This document shows, one piece after another, positions 19,563-30,373 of a DNA stretch of 64,000 nucleotides (position 1 is the first letter of the stretch; every line of letters starts with the position of its first letter). The stretch is from an uncultured virus (IMG/VR IMGVR_UViG_3300050821_024078) (lineage: Duplodnaviria; Heunggongvirae; Uroviricota; Caudoviricetes): the IMG/VR virus record IMGVR_UViG_3300050821_024078. One strand, written 5' to 3'. The position numbers were made by a program, and so were the translations under genes. Under the pieces are notes generated by a model that ran no database searches, had not been told where the DNA came from, and saw only the letters and a program-made list of their open reading frames with translations.

Positions 19563-20156
19563 ATGACAAAAACGAGAAAAAGATTTGATAATGAAAAGAG
19601 ATCCCGATATTATGGAATTCGTGTTGGTGATACTATAACAGTAAAATATTCAGCTGATGAAAATTTGAATGGACTTGTTGTTGAGTATGGTTTTATGGAT
19701 AATAATAGAGTTATAGTCCAATTTGATGGTAGTAAAGAGTATGACAGTTGTGTTGCTGAGTATTGCAAAATAGTTGTTCCTGTGGAAGATAAACCACATT
19801 CAGTATGTGCTTTCATTCGTAACAAAGAAACCGGATTGTTTCTTGGTGTCTCAAGAAAATACGATCCAAATGACTTTGGTTTTTGTGGTGGTAAAGTTGA
19901 TCCAGGAGAAACCCCTGAAGAAGCAATGGTTCGTGAGGCTAAAGAAGAGACCGGTTTAGATATCGTAATCATTGAAGAGATTCATACTGAATTCTATGGC
20001 GGTTATAATACTCACTGTTATATAGCTGATTACTCTGGAGAATTTTCTTATGATAAAGAGAAAGAAACCGGTAGAGTTGCTTGGGTTACAAAACAAGATT
20101 TACTTGATGGTTGTTTTGGTGATTATAATGCTGGAATATTTTCTTTACTCTATTAG
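19563..20156 (+). CDS. Nudix hydrolase with an N-terminal extra domain
   Basis: Nudix box GGKVDPGETPEEAMVREAKEETGL. Confidence 0.9.
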   Translation: MTKTRKRFDNEKRSRYYGIRVGDTITVKYSADENLNGLVVEYGFMDNNRVIVQFDGSKEYDSCVAEYCKIVVPVEDKPHSVCAFIRNKETGLFLGVSRKYDPNDFGFCGGKVDPGETPEEAMVREAKEETGLDIVIIEEIHTEFYGGYNTHCYIADYSGEFSYDKEKETGRVAWVTKQDLLDGCFGDYNAGIFSLLY

Positions 20157-20198
20157 AATCATATAAAATATGAAATCATCAGCTCAATGATAAATATT

Positions 20199-20508
20199 AT
20201 GAATAAAGAACAATTCGAAGAGTTTTTAAAAAGAACAGGTTTAAACCATCGTGATCATGATAATTGTTATCACTTAATCCTTAAAGATATAAGAGAAGGG
20301 GAATATTGGAAAGCAAGAGAAATACTAATTATAGGTATATCTTGTAAAGATGATATATATATATTCAGTTTATAAAACACAAATATGCAAGGGTAGTTAT
20401 AGACCAATAGGAAATCATAACGACTACCATGAGCCTACATATACTAATATTCCTGGGATCAATACTTTCGAAAAGGTAGAACAATTCATTGCTATTATTA
20501 AATCTTAG
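20199..20508 (+). pseudogene. hypothetical gene frameshifted at an (AT)6 tract
   Basis: ORF stops at 20375; the +1 frame is open 20365-20508; (AT)6 at 20353-20364. Confidence 0.45.
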
Positions 20509-20515
20509 TTCAGAT

Positions 20516-21346
20516 ATGAAAATTTTAAAATTCAAAGGTGAAGTAACTAAACCATCAATATTGATTATTGCTGGTACACATGGTAATGAAACAACACCAT
20601 TACTATGTTTAAACTATTTCTTGCAAGATTTTTCTCCTGAATTTCTATCTGATTGTTATTCGGGTATGACTATTGTAAATGGTTTAAATATTCAGGCTCT
20701 TCATTCTGGTACTCGTGAAATAAAACCGGATAATATATCTGATCTAAATAGAGCGTTTAAATCTAACGAATATGAGCCAGTCAAAATAATAAAAGATCTT
20801 GTAGCTAAACATGATATCATCATTGATATTCATAGTTCTCCGAGTATACCGGAATTTGTTCTTATAGATATTGATGAGAATGCTAATAGTTATGTAGAAT
20901 GGTGTAAAAAAGCAAAAGTTTTATATGCTGCCCGCTATTCTTCAGCTGACACAATAAAAAAATATAGTATCAATAAGGGTAAAATCGGTGTTACAATTGA
21001 ATTAAATGGTATGGATTCACCTGACTTTCTTTCTGCAACGAAAGGTCAAACGATTCTACACAATTTGATTGTGGCTTTCGAGGAAATTAAATTTGAAAAA
21101 TCTGAGCCTAGTGTTTTACCTATGGTAGAGGTAAGAACACATAAGGAAGGATTATTTGTTTTTAAGAAAGAGTTAGGTGAATGTATAAAAGAAGGTGAGT
21201 GTTTTGCTTCTCTTACAGGTCTTGATGGCGAAGAAATTGGTAAATTTAAGGCTCCAGTTAAAGGATATATCATCGAAGGTCCGGATACATCATATTATGT
21301 TAAAGCTGGCTCTAAAGTAGCATTAATACAACCATACCAAAAATAA
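20516..21346 (+). CDS. succinylglutamate desuccinylase/aspartoacylase (M14-like) family protein
   Basis: AGTHGNE, DLNRAF, IDIHS; C-terminal barrel-sandwich-like region. Confidence 0.8.
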   Translation: MKILKFKGEVTKPSILIIAGTHGNETTPLLCLNYFLQDFSPEFLSDCYSGMTIVNGLNIQALHSGTREIKPDNISDLNRAFKSNEYEPVKIIKDLVAKHDIIIDIHSSPSIPEFVLIDIDENANSYVEWCKKAKVLYAARYSSADTIKKYSINKGKIGVTIELNGMDSPDFLSATKGQTILHNLIVAFEEIKFEKSEPSVLPMVEVRTHKEGLFVFKKELGECIKEGECFASLTGLDGEEIGKFKAPVKGYIIEGPDTSYYVKAGSKVALIQPYQK

Positions 21347-21351
21347 TAAAA

Positions 21352-21714
21352 ATGAGGTTTATAGAGTTTAAAGTAGATAGAAAACTGGATAATAATAGAG
21401 AACCGGTTAATGTTATATTAATCAAACTTTCTTATGTTATGGGTGATAAGAAGATAAAGCGAGAAACTGTAAGATATAAAAGTCGCTCTGGTTATTGTCT
21501 TGATGCTGAAAAAAACAGTAATGATACCATTGGTATTGATGAAATAGGTGTTTTACGCAAACAACATTCAGCTAATACAAATGCTAGAAATCCTCGCTGG
21601 GTTATTTATGCCTATCAACATAGAGAATCTGAAGCCCTTAGTAAACTAAACAAGGATTTAGAAAAGAAGAGACAAAAGTTAATCGAAAAGGCTAACTCAA
21701 TACCAACTATTTAA
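21352..21714 (+). CDS. hypothetical protein
   Basis: ORF. Confidence 0.6.
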   Translation: MRFIEFKVDRKLDNNREPVNVILIKLSYVMGDKKIKRETVRYKSRSGYCLDAEKNSNDTIGIDEIGVLRKQHSANTNARNPRWVIYAYQHRESEALSKLNKDLEKKRQKLIEKANSIPTI

Positions 21715-21723
21715 TAAGCAGAT

Positions 21724-22395
21724 ATGTTTGAAGGAATATTCATAGGACAATACACAAAGGAAGATAACCATATGCCTGTTCATGAAGGTGATGTTGTTAA
21801 TTTTATTTTTAGAGAACCTGGTAGACATACAGGATATCAGGAAGGAAAAGCTCGTGGTGTTGTGAAGTACAATATAGACAAAGCGTGTTTTGAGATAATT
21901 GTTAAATCTGAAGAATATGATTATAATGAATATACAGAATCAAGATATAATACAAAGCTTGAAGTATGTACTTTTTGTTTAGATAGAATAGATAAATTTC
22001 CTATAATAGAAATAATCGAAACTATTGATACAATTTATGATTCGTTTGATAGTTTTGGTTCAGCTGAAATAAAAGATACTCTGGATGAATTAGTCTTCCT
22101 CCGGGATGTATCAAGTATAGGTTTAACACTAAAAGCTAAGCGGGCTTTATACTCGGCTATTGACATAATCAATAAAGTTAAAAAGAAATTTCTGAACAAA
22201 AATGATGATTTTGGTATTAAGAAAATATTTGTTTGTCAAATAGATACTTCTGGCTTTGAGGTTGTTCTTTTTGCTAAAGATAAGCAAGAAGTCAAAGATA
22301 TAATTAATAGTCGATATGAATGTATTGTATTTGATGATGAAAAAATAAAAGAAGCTGATATTTCAGTTCCTATAATAACAGCTTCCACTTATTAG
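21724..22395 (+). CDS. hypothetical protein (YopX-like N-terminus)
   Basis: GQYT...EGDVV pattern. Confidence 0.5.
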   Translation: MFEGIFIGQYTKEDNHMPVHEGDVVNFIFREPGRHTGYQEGKARGVVKYNIDKACFEIIVKSEEYDYNEYTESRYNTKLEVCTFCLDRIDKFPIIEIIETIDTIYDSFDSFGSAEIKDTLDELVFLRDVSSIGLTLKAKRALYSAIDIINKVKKKFLNKNDDFGIKKIFVCQIDTSGFEVVLFAKDKQEVKDIINSRYECIVFDDEKIKEADISVPIITASTY

Positions 22396-22474
22396 ATTGA
22401 GGAATTAAACACGCTTGATATATAAAGTACATGGTTATCTATTCAAATAGTCCATAGCAGTATCAGATGCTGAT

Positions 22475-22774
22475 ATGGTAAAAGTTAGATGGGATTTGTG
22501 GAACCGTAACAAGAAACCTTTAGTGAGAATGACCGAAGAAGAAAAACTTTGGGATAAAAAACTAAAGAAGTTTACAATTGTTGCACCTTCTGCAAACCTG
22601 AAACACGAAACCATCCGTTATTGGATGGTGGATGTTACCCTTACGAGTGGTAAAGTCCAATCCTTCTATGTGAAGGCCAAAACAAAGTTTGATGCTTTGA
22701 ATAAAGCGGAGGAGTTAAAATTCCTTACCTTGATTCCAAAACTTCAAACCGACAAGTTAGTTCTCCGGGACTAA
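22475..22774 (+). CDS. hypothetical protein
   Basis: ORF after a GATATATAA motif and followed by a hairpin. Confidence 0.6.
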   Translation: MVKVRWDLWNRNKKPLVRMTEEEKLWDKKLKKFTIVAPSANLKHETIRYWMVDVTLTSGKVQSFYVKAKTKFDALNKAEELKFLTLIPKLQTDKLVLRD

Positions 22775-22843
22775 CACAAACAAGAACTGTGATCAATGAT
22801 CACGGTTCTTTATTTTATAGTTTCACCTTTTAAATTTCAATAA

Positions 22844-24274
22844 ATGAAAATATTTTTAACTTCAACTTTGCCTTATAATAATTCTCAAATTCATGTAGGA
22901 ATGGGTTTAGAGATAGTTCAGGCTGATTCAATAACCAGATATTTAAAACAAAAAGGTTATGATGTGTTTTTTAATACTGGTTTAGATGAAGAGGGATTAA
23001 AGATTTATCAGAAAGCAAAATCTTTAGGAAAGGATACTCAAACTTTTTTGGATGAAATGGCTGAAACATGGGTTGAAGCTTTTAAAAAATTATTGATAGA
23101 TTATGATGTTTTATATAGGACATCAAATCATCCTAAACATGCTGATGGTGTTCAAAAATTCTGGAAGTTATGCGAGGATAAAGGATACATTTATAAGAAA
23201 TTATATAAAGGAAAATATTGTTCTGGATGTGAATCATACAAAACTGACCAAGATCTTATTGAAGGGAAATGTTTGGATCATTTTACTCTTGATATAAATG
23301 AAGTAGAAGAAGAAAATTATTTTTTTCGTCTAACTTCTTTTAAGGAAGCATTATTTGAAGATATTAATAATTCTAAAATTAAGTTACAACCACAATCAAA
23401 AATGACAGAACTTATATCTTTGATTGAAAATTGTAGTGATGTATCTATATCAAGACTTAGAAGCCAATTACCCTGCGGTGTTGAGGTTCCTGATGATCCA
23501 GAACATACTGTTTATGTTTGGTTTAGTGCCTTGTGTAATTATTTTATAAGTGCTGGTTGGCCAGATGATAATTTTAAAGATAATTGGCAAAATGTTATAC
23601 AGTTATTTGGTAATGATAATTTAAGATTTCAAGGTGTTTTATTTCAGGCTATGCTTAAAGCTGCTGATATTCCTTGTACATCAAAGCTTTTAATGCATGG
23701 TACTGTATTAGATGAAAAAGGACATAAAATGTCTAAAACTGTAGGTAATGTAGTTGATCCAATTATAGAGATTGAAAAATATGGTTTGAGAGCTGTTAGA
23801 TACTATATTTTGGCTGGTTTAAATACTTATCAAAATAGTCCGTGGTCAAGTAGTGATTTAATTACTTTACATAATTCGGATCTGGCTAATGATTATGGTA
23901 ATCTCCTCTCCAGGGTAATTCATCTTTTAGATAAACAAGATATTGTAATTAATGAATCTATAGTACAAGAATCATTTAAGAAAAACATTTTAAATATTGT
24001 TGATGAATCTACTGAGTTATTTGATAATTTTGAGTTAAAACAAGGTTTACAAAAATTGAATCAAGTATTCAAATACTCAAACAAATATATCACACAAGAA
24101 GAGCCATGGAAGAATAAAGAAACGGCTCCAGTAGTTGTAAATAATTTGGTATGGGTTTTCAGAAGAGTAGCTGAATTATATGAGCCTTTCATTCCAGGTG
24201 TTTGGGTTGATACTTGTGTATGGATAGCACAGAAAAACAAAGAACCTTTATTTCCTAGGATACAAACATTATAA
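22844..24274 (+). CDS. metG: methionyl-tRNA synthetase (divergent)
   Basis: HVGM (HIGH), TGLDEEG, YCSGCESY, EEENYFFRL, VYVWF, KMSKT, LANDYGNL, EPWK. Confidence 0.88.
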   Translation: MKIFLTSTLPYNNSQIHVGMGLEIVQADSITRYLKQKGYDVFFNTGLDEEGLKIYQKAKSLGKDTQTFLDEMAETWVEAFKKLLIDYDVLYRTSNHPKHADGVQKFWKLCEDKGYIYKKLYKGKYCSGCESYKTDQDLIEGKCLDHFTLDINEVEEENYFFRLTSFKEALFEDINNSKIKLQPQSKMTELISLIENCSDVSISRLRSQLPCGVEVPDDPEHTVYVWFSALCNYFISAGWPDDNFKDNWQNVIQLFGNDNLRFQGVLFQAMLKAADIPCTSKLLMHGTVLDEKGHKMSKTVGNVVDPIIEIEKYGLRAVRYYILAGLNTYQNSPWSSSDLITLHNSDLANDYGNLLSRVIHLLDKQDIVINESIVQESFKKNILNIVDESTELFDNFELKQGLQKLNQVFKYSNKYITQEEPWKNKETAPVVVNNLVWVFRRVAELYEPFIPGVWVDTCVWIAQKNKEPLFPRIQTL

Positions 24275-24278
24275 TAAC

Positions 24279-24298
24279 AGGGCCGAAAGGCCCTTTTT
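24279..24298 (+). terminator. intrinsic terminator
   Basis: AGGGCC-GAAA-GGCCCTTTTT. Confidence 0.8.
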
Positions 24299-24407
24299 AA
24301 TTTTCTAAATTTTTATATAAACAAATACTTTCATGTTTTAAGAATTTTTTGTTACTTTTGTAAAACAATTTCACTATTGTATAACATAAAAGGCAAAAAG
24401 CTGTATA

Positions 24408-25346
24408 ATGAAAGAAATTAAGATTTTTGGTTTATCGAATTCGCAAAAGTTAGCTGGTGATATAGCTTATCAAATGGGTTTACCCTTGGGAGAATTAAAA
24501 ACTGATGTGTTTTCAGATAGTGAAATGACTGTTTATTATAATGAAACAATTCGTAAAAGAGAAATATACATAGTTGGTTCTACAAATTCTCCTCAAGCTA
24601 TTATGGAAATGATGCTCGCTATAGATGCTGCTAAACGTGCCGGAGCTAAAGCTGTAAATGTAGTAATACCATATTTCGGATATTCAAGACAAGACAGAAA
24701 AGATCAACATAGAGGGCCTATATCAGCGAAAGTTATGGCTACAATGCTTGAATCTGTTGGTATGGATTCTCTTATGACAATAGACCTACACTCCAATCAA
24801 ATTGAAGGTTTCTTTTCAAAACCTGTAGTTCATATTCAGGGAAGTTTCATATTTACATCTTATTTAAAATATATTATAAATACCTCATACTCAATACTTT
24901 CACCTGATCAGGGAGGAATTCAGCGTGCTACAATGTTCTCAAACAAGTTAAAATTGCCTCTTGTAATGATGAATAAACGTCGTGATAAACCAGGTAGTAT
25001 AAAATCCATGGAGCTTGTTGGTGATGTGGAGGGTAAGAGAGTATTGCTTGTTGATGACATAATTGATTCAGGTGGGTCCCTATCTAAAGCGGTAGATGTT
25101 CTAATTGATAATGGTGCCGTGGAAGTAAATGCTTGTATTACACATCCAGTGTTATCAGGTAAAGCTTTTGATAATATTAATAACTCTAAACTAACTACTT
25201 TATTTGTAGGTGACACAATTCCTATGGAAAATCGTATTATATCAAATAAGATAAAAGTTATCTCTACAGCGGATAGTTTAGCTAAAATAATTACTAGAAT
25301 TAACAACAAACAAAGTGTGAACCAATTACAGCAATTTATAGAATAG
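24408..25346 (+). CDS. prs: ribose-phosphate pyrophosphokinase
   Basis: FSDSE, PYFGYSRQDRK, DLHSNQIEGFF, SPDQGG, VDDIIDSGGS. Confidence 0.93.
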   Translation: MKEIKIFGLSNSQKLAGDIAYQMGLPLGELKTDVFSDSEMTVYYNETIRKREIYIVGSTNSPQAIMEMMLAIDAAKRAGAKAVNVVIPYFGYSRQDRKDQHRGPISAKVMATMLESVGMDSLMTIDLHSNQIEGFFSKPVVHIQGSFIFTSYLKYIINTSYSILSPDQGGIQRATMFSNKLKLPLVMMNKRRDKPGSIKSMELVGDVEGKRVLLVDDIIDSGGSLSKAVDVLIDNGAVEVNACITHPVLSGKAFDNINNSKLTTLFVGDTIPMENRIISNKIKVISTADSLAKIITRINNKQSVNQLQQFIE

Positions 25347-25371
25347 TTGAACCCTCATAAATTTCATCAAC

Positions 25372-25761
25372 ATGGAAAGCGAAAAAATAACATCATCAAA
25401 AGAACTGATAGCACAACTAAAGGCTATTGATAATGATATTGAGTCTTTGGCTTTACAAAAAAGAAGTCTTGTAGATGATCTTAATGCTAAAGCTAAGCAA
25501 AAACTAAGAATAAAAGCAGAGCTTACTAAAACTGTTTTAGAAGACGATGATGCGGTGATAGTTTCTGATCATGCAATTGTTCGTTATCTTGAGAGGATTG
25601 AGGGAATCGATATTGAAAAGCTAAAAAAGATGATAGTTGGTGATGGTCGAATAGCTCAGGCTGTAAAAACACTTTCAAGTGGAATTTTTCCATCCGAAGA
25701 TGGTGTCTTCATGTTAATTGTAAAAGATAAAGTAGTTGTAACTGTTATAAAATATGAATAA
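25372..25761 (+). CDS. hypothetical phage protein (coiled coil plus VSDHAIVRYLER domain)
   Basis: ORF. Confidence 0.65.
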   Translation: MESEKITSSKELIAQLKAIDNDIESLALQKRSLVDDLNAKAKQKLRIKAELTKTVLEDDDAVIVSDHAIVRYLERIEGIDIEKLKKMIVGDGRIAQAVKTLSSGIFPSEDGVFMLIVKDKVVVTVIKYE

Positions 25762-25766
25762 GAAAT

Positions 25767-25958
25767 ATGAAAGGAAACACTATAGTTTTAAAAATTAAAA
25801 AATGGAACTGGAATATATTTTGGGCTATTATTTTTGCCTGTTGTATGGGAGCATTATCAAATAAATCGATACCAAGTATACTGGAATGTTTTATAGTAGC
25901 TCTAATAATAGGATTGCCTCTTGGTTTGTTTCTAGCTTACTCTACTAAAGATGAGTAA
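25767..25958 (+). CDS. small membrane protein
   Basis: two TM segments. Confidence 0.55.
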   Translation: MKGNTIVLKIKKWNWNIFWAIIFACCMGALSNKSIPSILECFIVALIIGLPLGLFLAYSTKDE

Positions 25959-26136
25959 TTTAAATGAACATATGACGCTGATTAAGATATTAGCGGAATT
26001 AAGAAATATGCGTAATAAACATGAGTTTGATGAAGTTAGGCAATGTTACAATGAAGTATGTGACCGTTTAGACGTATTACAATCAAAGGTATTTCAAACA
26101 TATCAAGAAAATGAGCATACAGAAGAAAAAGCCTAG
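25951..26136 (+). CDS. hypothetical protein
   Basis: ORF in a tightly packed run. Confidence 0.5.
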   Translation: MSNLNEHMTLIKILAELRNMRNKHEFDEVRQCYNEVCDRLDVLQSKVFQTYQENEHTEEKA

Positions 26137-26338
26137 TTTGTCGGAACTAATTGAACAAGCACTAAACATGATGTCTGAACATAAGGTTGTCTTTTATGTG
26201 ATTCAGAGTTTTGAAGGTAAGGAAGTGATTTCAAATTCTAATTTGTATCACTTTACTAAAGATGGTGGTGAGTTTAGTTTTCTGTGGACACCAACACCGG
26301 AACAAATAAATAAAGTAATACCTAATATCAAATTATAA
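26111..26338 (+). CDS. hypothetical protein
   Basis: ORF in a tightly packed run. Confidence 0.5.
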   Translation: MSIQKKKPSLSELIEQALNMMSEHKVVFYVIQSFEGKEVISNSNLYHFTKDGGEFSFLWTPTPEQINKVIPNIKL

Positions 26339-26341
26339 ATC

Positions 26342-26878
26342 ATGAAAAAGTTTTTCTTTGCTGTAAATAATGATAAATCAGAAATAATTGAATCAGAAAC
26401 ATATCCTATTATGTTGTCTCAAGGTGGCGAATGGACGAGTTGTACTTCTGGTTATAACTCAAAAGAAGAATTAATTGAGAAATGTGGTATACCGGAAACG
26501 CCTTGTGTCGAGTGTGGAAACATTTTTAGTACAAATTATCATGACAATGAAAAGATGATTGAACGCAACATGTGTTTTAGCTGTAATCTTTGGACTGACC
26601 GAATATCAGCAGCATCTAAACTAAATGTCATGATTGTTAATCATTCGATGTATACTATGGGGACTGAAACTAATGAAATATTTAAATACCGTGGGTTTGG
26701 TGGTCGTAAGTTTGAATTTATTAAAGATAATGTAAGATATGAATCAACTAATGTTTGGTTTGGTGGTAAAGTCCCTGTACATTTTAGAGATAGAATTAAA
26801 GATAATGCTATAATAGATGATGGTAGAAAATCAGTTGCTATAAATGATGCTATAACTAAACTACGTAACGATCTCTAA
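26342..26878 (+). CDS. hypothetical phage protein with CxxC pairs
   Basis: CVECG, CFSC, GFGGRKF, STNVWFGG. Confidence 0.65.
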   Translation: MKKFFFAVNNDKSEIIESETYPIMLSQGGEWTSCTSGYNSKEELIEKCGIPETPCVECGNIFSTNYHDNEKMIERNMCFSCNLWTDRISAASKLNVMIVNHSMYTMGTETNEIFKYRGFGGRKFEFIKDNVRYESTNVWFGGKVPVHFRDRIKDNAIIDDGRKSVAINDAITKLRNDL

Positions 26879-27329
26879 TTTTTTGAATCACATTACTTGT
26901 ATTTTCTGTTTCCTGTATCCACTGTATTATTTGGAGAAAATCTCTATTTGTTAGAACTTGACCTTTTTCCTGGAAGAATTTTCTTAATTGTTCGCTGGCC
27001 CATTCAGCTTCTTCAATAGTTTTGAAACCATTTCCAAATCTAATAAGGTTAGCATGTTTTTGAGCTAAAAAATAATCTGATATTATTCTACCATCAGAAC
27101 TTATAAAATGGTATTCATCTCCAACCTTGTGATTGAAGAATATCTCTTCATAGTGTTTAGGACTATTTTCAATCATCCTTAAATCTACTTTGTAACAAGG
27201 TTCATCTACCCATACACAGAATTCTGATTTAGAAAATGGTAAATATAATAAATCCCCAGCGGTATGATGTGGTGTCATATCTAAGCATTTGAATAATCTT
27301 ATCTTGTTATCTTCTCTTATTTCCTCCAT
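26856..27329 (-). CDS. hypothetical protein
   Basis: ORF. Confidence 0.6.
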   Translation of the reverse strand: MEEIREDNKIRLFKCLDMTPHHTAGDLLYLPFSKSEFCVWVDEPCYKVDLRMIENSPKHYEEIFFNHKVGDEYHFISSDGRIISDYFLAQKHANLIRFGNGFKTIEEAEWASEQLRKFFQEKGQVLTNRDFLQIIQWIQETENTSNVIQKIRDRYVV

Positions 27330-27331
27330 CT

Positions 27332-28093
27332 TTATATACCACTATTTTCTTTTAACGTTATCACTGGATTAAGAATAGATTTATCAAATTCTTTATTGTT
27401 AATCAGGTAATCCATAATAATAGGCCTTGTTGATTTTAAATAATCTGATGGGTTATGTGCTGTGTCAGCATCATATGTTTTATTATTGATACCATCAGCA
27501 CCATAATGTTCCAAATAACTTATATTACTTGTTATCCATGGTAAATGCAACATTTCTATAATCCTGAAGTCCCAGGCATAATCAAATACCGTATTCTTAT
27601 CTATCCAATCAACAATAGTCTCAACCATTCCTCTATCAAGTAACATACTCACACCTGGAGCTGTCTTACGAATAATCATATCTTCGGTTTCTTTAATAGT
27701 AGCAAAGAAATGATGCTTTGTGTTGTATAATGTAACCGGAAGCTTTCGACCATCAGCTGTTTTGTACTTGTGATATAATTCCATCATACGCTTCACGTAA
27801 TCAGGATCGTGAAGCGTATCATTATCTGTAAGATATAGGAAGTTATAATCTGTTTTAATAAATTCTCTGAACTGATGCCAGCGAAGATGATGTACACCTA
27901 ATTGTTTTGGGTGTTTAATTACTTCATCAGCCCAGGGTGTGAGCCAATCATTATCGTATTCCGTTGAATGATCGTTGTATATTTGTACAAAACAATTTTC
28001 TGTTTTATACTTGTATATTTGTGCTAATGAAAGTTCTGCTATCTTCTTTCTGTTAAAAGTAGGTACATTTATTAATATTTTATCCGTAGACAT
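27332..28093 (-). CDS. glycosyltransferase family 2 (GT-A)
   Basis: VPTFNR, YNDHST, LTDNDTLHD (DxD). Confidence 0.8.
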   Translation of the reverse strand: MSTDKILINVPTFNRKKIAELSLAQIYKYKTENCFVQIYNDHSTEYDNDWLTPWADEVIKHPKQLGVHHLRWHQFREFIKTDYNFLYLTDNDTLHDPDYVKRMMELYHKYKTADGRKLPVTLYNTKHHFFATIKETEDMIIRKTAPGVSMLLDRGMVETIVDWIDKNTVFDYAWDFRIIEMLHLPWITSNISYLEHYGADGINNKTYDADTAHNPSDYLKSTRPIIMDYLINNKEFDKSILNPVITLKENSGI

Positions 28094-28155
28094 TTAAATA
28101 GTTTTTCTTTAACTATTATATCTGAATAATAATGAATTGTTTTAATTTATAATTT

Positions 28156-28512
28156 CTAAAATCCGAAGTAATCATGAAGATTTTTAACTACTTCTGGATG
28201 AAGAGTTATTGGATAACGATTTACTTTACCGGTATTTATAATATTTTCAATACTACTAAGCATTTTTTCTAATGGTACATGTTCTAAATAATCGGCAACA
28301 GCTTTATATTGGGTTTTAAAGTCATAGTGTTCCACATTCATGTTTTTGTTTTGAGAAAAATTATGAAAACTCATAACAAAAGAATTACTTTTTGGTTCAG
28401 TTCTTTTTATATTAGTATTATCTGGTAGATTCAGTATATCATTTATTATTTGTTGTTTATATAGAGAAGCTGATTCTAAATAGTTTTTAATATCTTCAAG
28501 ATTTCGATTCAT
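28156..28512 (-). CDS. hypothetical protein
   Basis: ORF. Confidence 0.6.
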   Translation of the reverse strand: MNRNLEDIKNYLESASLYKQQIINDILNLPDNTNIKRTEPKSNSFVMSFHNFSQNKNMNVEHYDFKTQYKAVADYLEHVPLEKMLSSIENIINTGKVNRYPITLHPEVVKNLHDYFGF

Positions 28513-28981
28513 AAAGTAATATTTTCTTTTATATATTTTGTAATATAGAATTTTTATAGTAATTTTACAACAAGTTTGTGTCTTTTACGTATACACATTA
28601 AGAAATAGTGAATCTTAATGTAATAAAATACTAATATTCAAAACATTATGTATTTAATTAGTTTATATGACAGATGTTATCTATATTTATATTATAAATT
28701 CTTAAAAAGATTGTGTGAATGATGTAAAATGAACACAGAAATGTATAAGTTTTATATGTGAAAAGATTTATAATTTTGTACAAATAAGAAAGGAGAAATA
28801 AAAATGAAACACATATGTTAGGAAAAACAAAATTTAAGCAACTGAGAGGCAAGCTGTCGAATAGAGCTAACCAGATCTTTTCAACAATAGGTTGTTTAAA
28901 TTTTAACGAAGAAATAAAAATTAGGTATAAATTAAGTGATTCTCTAAAAACCAAATGTTTTAATTTTAATTAAAAAATATC

Positions 28982-29644
28982 ATGGCAACAAGAGGATTAG
29001 TACAGGTTCAGGAAAAGCAACCTAAATCGCATACGGTATATAAAGTGTGTGAGGAACATGGTCAGACAGAGTTTTATTACTATTCTGAGCATAAAATATC
29101 GATGTGTAAAAAATGTACTCGGGAAAAGAGAAAGGATAGGTTACAGGATCCTACGAAAAGAGAAAATGAATTAGCTTATGCTAAGAAGTGGCAAGAGGAG
29201 AATAAGACAAAAATAAAAGCTCATTATGTTCTTTCTCAAAAAATTAAAAAACAGGAGAAGAAAGAAAAAATTGATAGATTCCTGGCCGAACATCAAAAAT
29301 ATGTTGGATATATCTTAAAGGTTTATGAGATACCTATGGATAATGTCCTTAGAAAGGATATTGCTCGGCTTGAAGAACCTAAATTGAAGGATTTTATTGA
29401 TATTGTTAGAAAAAAGAAGTTTTCTAAATTGAAGGCACATTTTGCATGGAAACGTTCAAGTCTTCTTAAGTATGAGTATAATGTTCGAGATAATTATGCT
29501 AATGCTAAACAATCTTTAAAAGATCGTATCGCTTCTGAAAGTCAGGAGTATGCTATTGAAGAGGCTAATAATGTTATACTGGATCTTGACGAAAAACTAC
29601 CAGTTAATAAAACGATAGGTAAAAAACGAGTGGTGAAGAAGTAG
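28982..29644 (+). CDS. basic protein with an N-terminal zinc finger
   Basis: CEEHG...CKKC; Lys-rich. Confidence 0.65.
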   Translation: MATRGLVQVQEKQPKSHTVYKVCEEHGQTEFYYYSEHKISMCKKCTREKRKDRLQDPTKRENELAYAKKWQEENKTKIKAHYVLSQKIKKQEKKEKIDRFLAEHQKYVGYILKVYEIPMDNVLRKDIARLEEPKLKDFIDIVRKKKFSKLKAHFAWKRSSLLKYEYNVRDNYANAKQSLKDRIASESQEYAIEEANNVILDLDEKLPVNKTIGKKRVVKK

Positions 29645-29754
29645 TGAAGAAAGATGTGTAGTTGATTAATGGAGATGTGCTCTGAGTTGTAAGTTAGCTC
29701 AGAGCACAATTTTTTGATAAATACTTGATATATAAATCAAATGTATTTATTCAA

Positions 29755-30048
29755 ATGGTAAGGTCGGTTTTAGATTTTAATTCTTTCAGTAAAAGCTTAA
29801 ACGAAAGTAATGAGCATTCTGAATCAGATAATAATGAGACTTTTCATATCTACTATATTGTCGGTGAGGAAGCTGTCCATCTTTATAGCCACAAGGAATT
29901 TAATGATATACCAAAGAAACAAGTTCATAAAGAAAGTTTTGATACAGAGGCTGAAGCCGATGCTTTCGAAAAAGGTTTAAAGGCAGCTGCTGGATGGAAT
30001 AGTGTTACCGGTATTTCTGAAAAAGAATATATTTCTATTAAAGGTTAA
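29755..30048 (+). CDS. hypothetical protein
   Basis: ORF after GATATATAA; N-terminal VLDFNSFSKSLNES. Confidence 0.6.
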   Translation: MVRSVLDFNSFSKSLNESNEHSESDNNETFHIYYIVGEEAVHLYSHKEFNDIPKKQVHKESFDTEAEADAFEKGLKAAAGWNSVTGISEKEYISIKG

Positions 30049-30050
30049 GT

Positions 30051-30347
30051 ATGGAAAGTGTTTTTAATTTCGAATATGATTTAGTTTTTGATAACTGTCT
30101 AAAAGTACTTAAATTATTAGAAATGGTTATTGAACATAAGGATAAGAAAACAGGCATTATAAACACTTCCACCAAAACTTCTTTTAGATCATATGGTGAA
30201 GATATTGAAATAAAATTTATAAAGGCCTCTAATAAAACAAAAGTAATTGTAAGATCAATTGCTAAATCTCAACTTTTTACATGGGGTAAAAATTATAATA
30301 ATGAAATAAATATAATCGAAAAAATGACTCACATTCTAAGTAATTAA
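30051..30347 (+). CDS. hypothetical protein
   Basis: ORF. Confidence 0.6.
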   Translation: MESVFNFEYDLVFDNCLKVLKLLEMVIEHKDKKTGIINTSTKTSFRSYGEDIEIKFIKASNKTKVIVRSIAKSQLFTWGKNYNNEINIIEKMTHILSN

Positions 30348-30373
30348 TTTATTTTTTTTGATATCTTTGTAAA

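Noticed and set aside
28513..28981. ncRNA or ORF 28658-28954 in an AT-rich divergent gap
   Set aside because: No convincing structure, and the ORF is low-complexity with a non-ATG start
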